Of a DNA stretch of 48,423 nt, positions 33,759-45,420 are shown one piece after another (positions within the stretch are counted from its first letter, which is position 1; the number at the start of each line of letters is the position of its first letter). Source of the DNA: Octopus sinensis (taxonomy: Eukaryota). Location of the stretch: positions 1-48,423 of the forward strand of contig NW_021834425.1 in the NCBI RefSeq assembly GCF_006345805.1, in the 5' to 3' direction. The notes beneath the pieces were generated by a model. It made no database searches and had not been told where the DNA came from. It saw only the letters and a list, made by a program, of their open reading frames with translations. The position numbers and the translations under genes were made by a program.

Positions 33759-34347
33759 CAGGTGTTAGACAAAATAATGGAAACACCTAGCACCATAGCA
33801 TCATAATTTTGAAATATCTATAAAACTGTCAAAAGTTTGTTTATTTTCATATTTTTTAAAAATTTATTATTAATGTTGCTTAATATGTTTTGCTAAGATT
33901 GCTCTTTCTTTTCAGATATCATCAGAAAAAGATAATTAAAATTTATTAAAAATTAAATAATTAAAATTCCGGAGCGGAACGCAATCTTTCAGGATGATAA
34001 TGCACCAATTCACACAGCTAAAGTTGTTACTGAATGGCACGAGGAACATTCTAGTGAAGTTGAACATCTTATCTGGCCACCGCAGTCCCCAGATCTTAAT
34101 ATTATTGAACATTTATGGTGCATTTTAGAAAAACAAATAAGGAGTCGATATCCTTCACCATCATCACTACAAGAACTGGAGACTGTTTTAGCTGAAGAAT
34201 GGACAAAAATTCCTCTGGAAACAATTCAAACTTTGTACGAGTCCATACCTCGTAGAATTCAATCTGTAATTACTGCCAAAGGCGATCCTACTCCGTATTG
34301 AAATAAATTTTGAAATAAAGTGTTTCCATTATTTTGTCAAACACCTG
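33759..34347 (+). mobile_element. Internally deleted Tc1-like DNA transposon, copy 1
   Basis: TA flanks; 28-bp TIRs CAGGTGTT(A/T)GACAAAATAATGGAAACAC; transposase C-terminus FQDDNAPIH...WPPQSPDLNIIEHLW...IPRRIQ.VI.AKG.PT.Y. Confidence 0.93.
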
Positions 34348-34734
34348 TATTTATTATTTCAGTGTCGTATGGTATTACTCAAACATTTTCTGAACAACAG
34401 GAAACATAAGCATTTACTAAATGTTCAAATGCTAGAAGAAAAAAGCTGGGGTGTGAACTGGTCATGAAACACTCAGTTCCCGAATATGTTGCATTAAAGT
34501 CCAAAACTGTCGCAGGAATGTACCATGACAAAGACACCAGAGAAAGAACATTCTGGGTATCAACAAAAAATTGTAAATGGGTGATGATGCATCTAATTAT
34601 TGTTAATACATTCAGAAAGATTCGAATGTGAGTGTGCTAATCGTTTTTGCTGTTCTTCATTGGCGGTCATCTGCCTCTTTTAAACGATTTGTGTTCATAA
34701 TAGGTAATTCATTGACATAAGGAAACACTACAAG

Positions 34735-35150
34735 GCTTCGACATTATGTTGTGTCTCTTCATTCCAAGCAAACACACGTTAATGAACTAAACCAGAATTA
34801 CAGCTCTTGTTTATGGAAATCAGCTAAACTAAAACTCGCTGAAGTCTGTCAAACAGATGGTAATTCATGGGGTACACTAAGAACAACGAGAACCCAAGCA
34901 ATAGCGTAATATATTTATTCTAAATACGTTCTGGCTTATTCGAACATGAATATACTAATCGCTGTTGCATTTCGTCATCGAAGAACATCTGTTAACTTTA
35001 GAAGATGCGTGTTTTTAACACACGTGATACATTGACGTATGAGGACCTTGAAGCATAATGACGTTTCGACCTTATTGTGTGTCTCTTCAACGAAAACTAC
35101 TTCGTATCAATGAACCTAAATAAGAGTGCTGGCTCTTGTTTATGGAAATC
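34735..35150 (-). repeat. Diverged ~330-bp-period direct repeat carrying hammerhead-like motifs (also in units 2 and 3)
   Basis: 34735-34825 resembles 35060-35150. The minus strand at 35060-35090 reads TTGAAGA GAC-N10-GTC GAAAC GTC. Confidence 0.5.
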
Positions 35151-35255
35151 AACAAATTATTTGCTGATACATGTTATGCCTACCAAACTGATAATAATTC
35201 AAAGAATACCCGTAAGAGTTTATTATATTATTGTTTAGAATCTTACTGTTTTCGT

Positions 35256-35550
35256 GAAGGTGTTTGGCTTTGTGGCTAGGGTACTCGGCTCTCTGAGTTC
35301 CATATCCAGCAGGTGCAAGACACTTTATTTCACACTCCACCTGTCCACTCAGCTGGCAAAAGTAAGTGCTACCTGTATTTCAAAGGGGCCAACCTTGTCA
35401 CATTATGTGACACGCTGAATCTCCCAGAGAACTACTTTAAGGGTACACATGTCTGTAAAGTGCTCAGCCATTTGCACGTCGATTTTACGAACAAATTGTT
35501 CTGTTGATCCGATCAACTGGATCCCGCATCGTCGTAACCGACGGAGTGCC
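35256..35550 (+). mobile_element. SINE family C (tRNA head, CORE-like segment, family B tail); copies at 39141-39434 and 43056-43349
   Basis: A-box-like TGGCTTTGTGGCTAG, then GCAAGACACTTTATTTCAC...GTCCACTCAGCTG, then the same TATTTCAAAGGG...CGTCGTAACCGACGGAGTGCC tail as family B. Confidence 0.8.
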
Positions 35551-36014
35551 AGTCACTATTTTACGATCACTGCATGAATTATTAGACATGGGATAGTTTC
35601 CCGCAAGCATGAGCATAGAGCCATTATCGATAGAAAATGCAGCCTCTTCGGAACTCGTGGACATTATGTCTTCTCACGCATCAAAGGTCATGCTTTTGCA
35701 ATCTAAGATAAAAGATAACTACGAAATACTTGTGGAACAAAAGAGACGGCGAAGCCCTTAACCCTACCCGAAAATGCCAACGAAATGTCGATTATGAGAT
35801 TATATCATGTGGAGGACATCAAGATATAATCAACGGTTGAAATGTCATCAAGATATTACAAAGCATAAAATTGTTGCTAGAATGTACGATACTGTCCATA
35901 AGATGGACTTGTAGGGAAGGAATATATATATATGATATGAAGGTCCCGGGTTGAGTCGGGGTTAACCACAGTAAATAAGGTACTCCAATACATAGCATAG
36001 TAAATAAGGTACTA

Positions 36015-36060
<46 letters not shown>

Positions 36061-36128
36061 TTTATTTAAAGCAGCAAAAAATTCTACAAAACCTATATAT
36101 ATATATATATATATTTCTGATGTCAATT

Positions 36129-36440
36129 AGGTGCATGAATGAATGTGTGGTTAAAAAATACGCTTTGCAACCGCGTAGTTTCGGGTTTATCCCCACTCTA
36201 TAGCACCTTGAGAAAGTATTTTCTCCTATGTGTCTGTGCTTGTCCCTTACTACCGCTAGACAAACACTGTGTTCACGCTCCATAACTTTGCGGTTCGGCA
36301 AAAGAAACCGATTGAAAAAATACCACGCTTTAAAAAATAAGTGCTAGGATCGATACTTTTGACTAAAATTTCTTCAAAGCGGTGCTCCAGTATGGCTGTT
36401 GTCTAATGACTGAAACAGGTAAAACGGTAAAAGATTAAAG
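36129..36440 (+). mobile_element. Old SINE family A copy; duplicates at 40057-40367 and 43924-44238
   Basis: Degenerate head, TAACTTTGCGGTTCGGCAAAAG and tail GCGGTGCTCCAGTATGGCTG...AATGACTGAAAC. Confidence 0.85.
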
Positions 36441-36497
36441 AACCAGCCGATCAATGCCCTGTGAATGAATTTGGCTGAAGGAAACTGTGTGGAAGCT

Positions 36498-36533
<36 letters not shown>

Positions 36534-36538
<5 letters not shown>

Positions 36539-37165
36539 TAAATATAAGGGTAGCAAAAAATTCTAGAAAAAACTCTCCGCTACCAGCGGTCCTGTGAGAA
36601 AGAAAAGATAGTCAAAGACTATATAATATACATTCAAAAATATAAGGAATGGCCATAATAGGACATTCGACTCACTAGAAAGAGCAGCCAAACTCAAACC
36701 GCTAATAGTTGTAATTCTGAAATTGAAAGAGAAATAAAAACGTTTACCCTTTCATCTCTGGACTATGCATAGTTTCGTCAAACTTTAGTAAACAAATTAA
36801 TTAAATTAAAGTAAATTTATTTACAACTGGCGTGCCCCGTCAGCAGAGAAGCCAAGGACGAGCTGATTATATAAACTGCCGATTTAATTTCAAAATTAGC
36901 CAAAAAATCATTAATTCCCCGCTACCAGCGGTCCTGTGAGAAAAATGATTTTATTGCTAATTTTGAAATTAAATCAGCAGTTTATATTTACTGCTGAGAA
37001 GACCGCGCGATTGCGGTAGATTTTGAAAGTTTATAGCATATACACTTGAGGCTTCCTTACCATCTCCACGTGGATATATGCTCGTCCTTGGCTTCTCTGC
37101 TGACGAGGCACGCCAGTTGTAAATAAATTTAATTTAATTTAATTAATTTGTTTACTAAAGTTTGA
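36534..37165. repeat. Fold-back element with nested inverted repeats; copies at 40461-41090 and 44335-44835
   Basis: 86-bp outer arms at 36778-36863 and 37080-37165; ~42-bp inner arms at ~36870-36912 and ~36943-36985. Confidence 0.88.
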
Positions 37166-39940
37166 GCGAAAACACCCAAAGCCCACGAGGCTCCGGCAGG
37201 AGGTGGGAGCGAACCCTGCTGTATTCTTTCACCACAATCTTTTCTCACTCCTTCTTCCTGTTTCAAAGGGTCAGTCTTGTTACACTACGTGCCACGCTGA
37301 ATCTCCCCAAGTACTACTTTAAGGGTACACGTGTCGGTGGAATACTCAGCCACTTGCACGTTAATTTCACGAGTAGGCTCTTCTGTTGGTCGGATCAACT
37401 AGAACCCTCGTCGTCGTAACTGACGGAGTGCTTTGACTGTTAGTAGAAATTTTTTAGATACTTTACCGAATTCAATTTAGCAGAGAGTCATATATTTGAT
37501 CCTGGATATTACGTGGAAGTTTTCACAGAAATATCGATAAGGAGGCTCTAATCTCGGAAGAAAAGAGAGCGAAGAGGTACAGGTGTTAGACAAAATAATG
37601 GAAACACCTAGCATCATAGCATCATAATTTTGAGATATCTATAAATCTGTCAAAAGTTTGTTTATTTTCATGTTTTTTTTTTATATTTATTATTAATGTT
37701 GCTAAATATGTTTTGCTAAAATTGCTCTTTCTTTTCAGATATCATCAGAAAAAGATAATTAAAATTTATTAAAATGACAGATATATCGGACTTTCAAATA
37801 GGTCAAATTTTATCTGATCAAATTCATCCTATGGTTGCGGAACTGTTTCCGGAGCGGAACGCAATCTTTCAGGATGATAATGCACCAATTCACACAGCTA
37901 AAGTTGTTACTGAATGGCACGAGGAACATTCTAGTGAAGTTGAACATCTTATCTGGCCACCACAGTCCCCAGATCTTAATATTATTGAACATTTATGGTG
38001 CATTTTAGAAAAACAAATAAGGAGTCGATATCCTCCACCATCATCACTACAAGAACTGGAACTGTTTTAGCTGAAGAATGGACAAAAATTCCTCTGGAAA
38101 CATTTCAAACTTTATTTATACGAGTCCATACCGCATAGAATTCAAGCTGTAATTATTGCCAAAGGCGGTCCTACTCAATATTGAAATAAATTTATTTGAA
38201 ATTTTAAAGTGTTTCCATTATTTTTTCAAACTCCTGTATTTATTATTTCAGTGTCGTATAGTATTACTAAAACATTTTCTAAACAACAGGAAACATAAGC
38301 ATTTACTAAATGCTCAAATGCTAGAAGAAAAAAGCTGGGGTGTGAACTGGTCATGAAACACTCAGTTCCCGAATATGTTGCATTAAAGTCCAAAATTGTC
38401 GCAGGAATGTACCATGACAAAGACACCAGAGAAAGAACATTCTGGGTATCAACAAAAAATTGTAAATGGTGATGATGATGCATCTAATTATTGTTAATAC
38501 ATCAGACAGATTCGAATGTGAGTGTGCTAATCGTTTTTGCTGTTCTTCATTGGCGGTCATCTGCCTCTTTTAAACGATTTGTGTTCATAGTAGGTAATTC
38601 AATGACATAAGGAAACACTACAAGGCTTCGACATTATGTTGTGTCTCTTCATTCCAAGCAAACACACTTAATGAACTAAACCAGAATTACAGTTCTTGTT
38701 TATGAAAATCAGCTAAACTAAAACTCGCTGAAGTCTGTCAACAGATGGTAATTCATGGGGTACACTAAGAACAATGAGAACCCAAGCAATAGCGTAATTA
38801 TTTATTCTAAATACGTTCTGGCTTATTCGAACATGAATATACTAATCGCTGTTGCATTTCGTCATCGAAGAACATCTGTTAACTTTAGAAGATGCGTGTT
38901 TTTAACACACGTGATTCATTGACGTATGAGGACCTTGAAGCATAATGACGTTTCGACCTTATTGTGTGTCTCTTCAACGAAAACTACTTCGTATCAATGA
39001 ACCTAAATAAGAGTGCTGGCTCTTGTTTATGGAAATCAACAAATTATTTGCTGATACATGTTATGCCTACCAAACTGATAATAATTCAAACAGTACCCGT
39101 AAGAGTCTATATATTATTGTTTAGAATCTACTGTTTTCGTGAGGTGTTTGGCTTTGTGGCTAGGGTATTCGGCTCTCTGAGTTCCATATCCAGTCAGTGC
39201 AAGACACTTTATTTCACACTCCACCTGTCCACTCAGCTGGCAAAAGTAAGTGCTACCTGTATTTCAAAGGGGCCAACCTTTGTCACATTATGTGACACGC
39301 TGAATCTCCCAGAGAACTACTTTAAGGGTACACATGTCTGTAAAGTGCTCAGCCATTTGCACGTCGATTTTACGAACAAATTGTTCTGTTGATCTGATAA
39401 CTGGATCCCGCATCGTCGTAACCGACGGAGTGCCAGTCCTATTTTACGATCACTGCATGAATTATTAGACATGGGATAGTTTCCCGCAAGCATGAGCATA
39501 GAGCCATTATCGATAGAAAATGCAGCCTCTTCGGAACTCGTGGACATTATGTCTTCTCACGCATCAAAGGTCATGCTTTTGCAATCTAAGATAAAAGATA
39601 ACTACGAAATACTTGTGGAACAAAAGAGACGGCGAAGCCCTTAACCCTACCCGAAAATGCCAACGAAAATGTCGATTATGAGATTATATCAGTGGAGGAC
39701 ATCACAGATATAATCAACGGTTGAAATGTCATCAAGATATTACAAAGCATAAAATTGTTGCTAGAATGTACGATACTGTCCATAAGATGGACTTGTAGGG
39801 AAGGAATATATATATATGATATGAAGGTCCCGGGTTGAGTCGGGGTTAACCACAGTAAATAAGGTACTCAATACATAGCAGAGTAAATAAGGTACTAATA
39901 TAAATATATATATATATATATAATATATATATATATATAT

Positions 39941-39981
<41 letters not shown>

Positions 39982-40424
39982 TATATATACTTTTTTAAAG
40001 CAGCAAAAAATTCTACAAAACCTTATATATATATATATATATTTCTGATGTCAATTAGGTGCATGAATGAATGTGTGGTTAAAAAATACGCTTTGCAACC
40101 GCGTAGTTTCGGGTTTATCCCCACTCTATAGCACCTTGAGAAAGTATTTTCTCCTATGTGGTCTGTGCTTGTCCCTTACTACCGCTAGACAAACACTGTG
40201 TTACGCTCCATAACTTTGCGGTTCGGCAAAAGAAACCGATTGAAAAAAACCACGCTTTAAAAAATAAGTGCTAGGATCGATACTTTTGACTAAAATTTCT
40301 TCAAAGCGGTGCTCCAGTATGGCTGTTGTCTAATGACTGAAACAGGTAAAACGGTAAAAGATTAAAGAACCAGCCGATCAATGCCCTGTGAATGAATTTG
40401 GCTGAAGGAAACTGTGTGGAAGCT

Positions 40425-40465
<41 letters not shown>

Positions 40466-41090
40466 TAAATATAAGGGTAGCAAAAAATTCTAGAAAAAAC
40501 TCTCCGCTACCAGCGGTCCTGTGAGAAAGAAAAGATAGTCAAAGACTATATAATATACATTCAAAAATATAAGGAATGGCCAATAATAGGACATTCGACT
40601 CACTAGAAAGGGCAGCCAAACTCAACCGCTAATAGTTGTAATTCTGAAATGAAAGAGAAATAAAAACGTTTACCTTTCATCTCTGGACTATGCATAGTTT
40701 CGTCAAACTTTAGTAAACAAATTAATTAAATTAAATTAAATTTATTTACAACTGGCGTGCCCCGTCAGCAGAGAAGCCAAGGACGAGCTGATTATATAAA
40801 CTGCCGATTTAATTTCAAAATTAGCCAAAAAATCATTAATTCCCCGCTACCAGCGGTCCTGTGAGAAAAATGATTTTATTGCTAATTTTGAAATTAAATC
40901 AGCAGTTTATATTTACTGCTGAGAAGACCGCGCGATTGCGGTAGATTTTGAAAGTTTATAGCATATACACTTGAGGCTTCCTTACCATCGCCACGTGGAT
41001 ATATGCTCGTCCTTGGCTTCTCTGCTGACGAGGCACGCCAGTTGTAAATAAATTTAATTTAATTTAATTAATTTGTTTACTAAAGTTTGA
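37166..41090 (+). repeat. Tandem segmental repeat unit 2
   Basis: Period 3925 bp to unit 3. Confidence 0.95.
37580..38236 (+). mobile_element. Internally deleted Tc1-like transposon, copy 2
   Basis: Same TIRs and TA flanks; ORF 37774-38070 joins the N-terminal MTDISDFQIGQI to the catalytic C-terminus. Confidence 0.93.
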
Positions 41091-43727
41091 GCGAAAACAC
41101 CCAAAGCCCCACGAGGCTCCGGCAGGAGGTGGGAGCGAACCCTGCTGTATTCTTTCACCACAATCTTTTCTCACTCCTTCTTCCTGTTTCAAAGGGTCAG
41201 TCTTGTTACACTACGTGTCACGCTGAATCTCCCCGAGTACTACTTTAAGGGTACACGTGTCGGTGGAATACTCAGCCACTTGCACGTTAATTTCACGAGT
41301 AGGCTCTTCTGTTGGTCGGATCAACTAGAACCCTCGTCGTCGTAACTGACGGAGTGCCTTGACTGTTAGTAGAAATTTTTTAGATACTTTACCGAATTCA
41401 ATTTAGCAGAGAGTCATATATTTGATCCTGGATATTGCGTGGAAGTTTTCAGAGAAATATCGATAAGGAGGCTCTAATCTCAGAAGAAAAGAGAGCGAAG
41501 AGGTACAGGTGTCAGACAAAATAATGGAAACACCCAGCATCATAGCATCATAATTTTGAAATATCTATAAAACTGTCAAAAGTTTGTTTATTTTCATATT
41601 TTTTTAATATTTATTATTAATGTTGCTAAATATGTTTTGCTAAAATTGCTCTTTCTTTTCAGATATCATCAGAAAAAGATAATTAAAATTTATTAAAATG
41701 ACAGATATATCGGACTTTCAAATAGGTCAAATTTATGATCAAATTCATCCTATGGTTGCGGAACTATTCCGGAGCGGAACGCAATCTTTCAGGATGATAA
41801 TGCACCAATTCACACAGCTAAAGTTGTTACTGAATGGCACGAGGAACATTCTAGTGAAGTTGAACATCTTATCTGGCCACCACAGTCCCCAGATCTTAAT
41901 ATTATTGAACATTTATGATGCATTTTAGAAAAACAAATAAGGAGTCGATATCCTCCACCATCATCACTACAAGAACTGGAAACTGTTTTAGCTGAAGAAT
42001 GGACAAAAATTCCTCTGGAAACAATTCAAACTTTATACGAGTCCATACGCATAGAATTCAAGCTGTAATTATTGCCAAAGGCGGTCCTACTCAATATTGA
42101 AATAAATTTATTTGAAATTTTAAAGTGTTTCCATTATTTTTTCAAACTCCTGTATTTATTATTTCAGTGTCGTATAGTATTACTCAAACATTTTCTAAAC
42201 AACAGGAAACATAAGCATTTACTAAATGCTCAATGCTAGAAGAAAAAAGCTGGGGTGTGAACTGGTCATGAAACACTCAGTTCCCGAATATGTTGCATTA
42301 AAGTCCAAAATTGTCGCAGGAATGTACCATGACAAAGACACCAGAGAAAGAACTTCTGGGTATCAACAAACGATTGTAAATGGTGATGATGCATCTAATT
42401 ATTGTTATAATCAGAACAGATTCGAATGTGAGTGTGCTAATCGTTTTTGCTGTTCTTCATTGGCGGTCATCTGCCTCTTTTAAACGATTTGTGTTCATAG
42501 TAGGTAATTCAATGACATAAGGAAACACTACAAGGCTTCGACATTATGTTGTGTCTCTTCATTCCAAGCAAACACACGTTAATGAACAAAACCAGAATTA
42601 CAGTTCTTGTTTATGGAAATCAGCTAAACTAAAACTCGCTGAAGTCTGCCAAACAGATGGTAATTCATGGGGTACACTAAGAACAACGAGAACCCAAGCA
42701 ATAGCGTAATATATTTATTCTTGATACGTTCAGGCTTATTCGAACATGAATATACTGATCGTTGTTGCATTTTGTCATCGAAGAACATCTGTTAACTTTA
42801 GAAGATGCGTGTTTTTAACACACGTGATTCATTGACGTATGAGGACTTTGAAGCATAATGATGTTTCGACCTTATTGTGTGTCTCTTCAACAAAAACTAC
42901 TTCGTATCAATGAACCTAAATAAGAGTGCTGGCTCTTGTTTATGGAAATCAACATTTTATTTGCTGATACATGTTATGCCTACCAAACTGATAATAATTC
43001 AAACAGTACCCGTAAGAGTCTATTATATTATTGTTTAGAATCTTACTGTTTTCGTGAAGGTGTTTGGCTTTGTGGCTAGGGTATTTGGCTCTCTGAGTTC
43101 CATTTCCAGCAGGCGCAAGACACTTTATTTCACACTCCACCTGTCCACTCAGCTGGCAAAAGTAAGTGCTACCTGTATTTTAAAGAGGCCAGCGTGGCAC
43201 ATTCTGTGACACGCTGAATCTCCCAGAGAGCTACTTTAAGGATACACATGTCTGTAAAGTGCTCAGCCATTTGCACGTTGATTTTACGAACAAATTGTTC
43301 TGTTGATCTGATCAACTGGATCCCGCATCGTCGTAACCGACGGAGTGCCAGTCACTATTTTACGATCACTGCATGAATTATTAGATATGGGACAGTTTCC
43401 CGCAAGCATGAGCATAGAGCCATTACCGATAGAAACTGCAGCCTCTTTGGAACTCGTGGACATTATGTCTTCTCACGCATCAAAGGTCATGCTTTTGCAA
43501 TCTAAGATAAAAGATAACTACGAAATATTTGTGGAACAAAAGAGACGGCGAAGCCCTTAACCCTACCCGAAAATGCCAACGAAAATGTCGATTATGAGAT
43601 TATATCAGTGGAGGACATCACAGATATAATCAACGGTTGAAATGTCATCAAGATATTACAAAGCATAAAATTGTTGCTAGAATGTACGATACTGTCCATA
43701 AGAAGGGCTGGTAGGAAGAATATACAT

Positions 43728-43758
<31 letters not shown>

Positions 43759-44840
43759 CATATATTACACTTTATTTAAAGCAGCAGAAAATTCTACAAA
43801 ACCTTATATATATATTACTTATATATAATATATATATATGTATATGTATATATTATATATAGATATATTATATATATATATATATATAATATATATTATA
43901 TATATATATTTCTGATGTCAATTAGGTGCATGAATGAATGTGTGGTTAAAAAATACGCTTTGCAACCGCGTAGTTTCGGGTTCATCCCCACTCCATAGCA
44001 CCTGAGAGAAAGTATTTTCCTATGTGTCTGTGCTTGTCCCTCACTACCGCTATAGACAAACACTGTGTTTACGCTCCATAACTTTGCGGTTCGGCAAAAG
44101 AAACCGATTGAAAAAATACCACGCTTTAAAAGATAAGTGCTAGGATCGATACTTTTGACTAAAATTTCTTCAAAGCGGTGCTCCAGTATGGCTGTTGTTA
44201 ATAATGACTGAAACAGGTAAAACAGTAAAAGATTAAAGAAAGAACCAGCCGATCAATGCCCCCTGTGAATGAATTTGGCTGAAGGAAACTGTGTGGAAGC
44301 TCATCATATAGTATATATATATATATATATATATATTAATAAAATTAAGGGTAGCAAAAAATTCTAGAAAAAACTCTCCGCTACCAGCGGTCCTGTGAGA
44401 AAGAAAAGATAGTCAAAGACTATATAATATACATTCAAAAATATAAGGAATGGCCATAATAGGACATTCAGACTCACTAGAAAGAGCAGCCAAACTCAAA
44501 CCGCTAATAGCTGTAATTCTGAAATTGAAAGAGAAATAAAAACGTTTACCCTTTCATCTCTGGACTATGCATAGTTCGTCAAACTTTAGTAAACAATTAA
44601 TTAAATTAAATTAAATTTATTTACAATGGCGTGCCCCGTCAGCAGAGAAGCCAAGGACGAGCTGATTATATAAACTGCCGATTTATTTCAAAATTAGCCA
44701 AAAAATCATTAATTCCCCGCTACCAGCGGTCTGTGAGAAAAATTATTTTTGGCTATTTTGAAATTAAATCAGCAGTTTATATTTACTGCTGAGAAGACCG
44801 CGCGATTGCGGAGATTTTGAAGTTTATAGCATATATATAT
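41091..44840 (+). repeat. Tandem segmental repeat unit 3 (end rearranged)
   Basis: Colinear until ...GTTTATAGCATATA at ~44835, then interrupted. Confidence 0.92.
41506..42152 (+). mobile_element. Internally deleted Tc1-like transposon, copy 3
   Basis: Same structure, with a frameshift near 41735. Confidence 0.93.
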
Positions 44841-45044
44841 ATATAGATATATATATATATATATCAACGGCAGTTTGTTTGTTGTGTGTGTTTCTGTTTT
44901 TTGGCTAATTTTGAATTAAATCAGCAGTTTATATTTACTGCTGAGAAGACCGCGCGATTGCGGTAGATTTTGAAGTTTTGAAGTTTATATATCTATATAA
45001 TATATATATATTATATATATATTATATATAGATATTATATATAT

Positions 45045-45407
45045 ATAATAATATATAACAGCAGTTGTCTGCGTGTGTTTTCTGTGTGTCTGTTAGTTGT
45101 ACCCTCACCCTGACCACGGCTTTCAACCGATTCTGATGAAACTTGACACACACATAGCCCCAAATGTAATAATTCAAAACTAACGCAGCGAAAATTTTGA
45201 AAAGTTCCCCCTAGTCTGAAAAAAATCGATAAATTCGACATGGGGTCGAGAATCAGAAACACAAACCACAGACTTTCTAGGGGACGCCACTCGACCTTTT
45301 TAACTAAAAAAAAATGATGGTAAATTTTTTTTTTAGTTATAACTCTCTAAAAATGCTTTATAGTTATTTCCCTTACAAACCCGAGCAACGCCGGGCGATA
45401 CTGCTAG
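45045..45407 (+). mobile_element. Non-autonomous Helitron-like element in (TA)n
   Basis: 3' hairpin CCCG-A-GC-AAC-GC-CGGG (45380-45395) 8 nt before CTAG followed by T; no TIR or TSD; 5' end lost in the TA tract. Confidence 0.75.
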
Positions 45408-45420
45408 TATATATATATAT

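Larger units (their letters stand above)
33385..37165 (+). repeat. Tandem segmental repeat unit 1
   Basis: Colinear with units 2 and 3; period 3777 bp to unit 2. Confidence 0.95.

Noticed and set aside
33825-33916. GTTTGT...TCTTTCTTTTCAG intron-like signal upstream of the Tc1 ATG
   Set aside because: The donor is weak and too close to the TATA-like motif; it cannot be distinguished from AT-rich chance.
35758-35966. TTAACCC...GGGGTTAA as a second piggyBac MITE
   Set aside because: The ends match for only ~4 bp beyond TTAA, and the right end belongs to a segment absent from unit 3.
33385-44840. Repeated units as a CRISPR-like or satellite array
   Set aside because: Units are ~3.8 kb colinear duplicates with no repeat-spacer structure; the context is eukaryotic.
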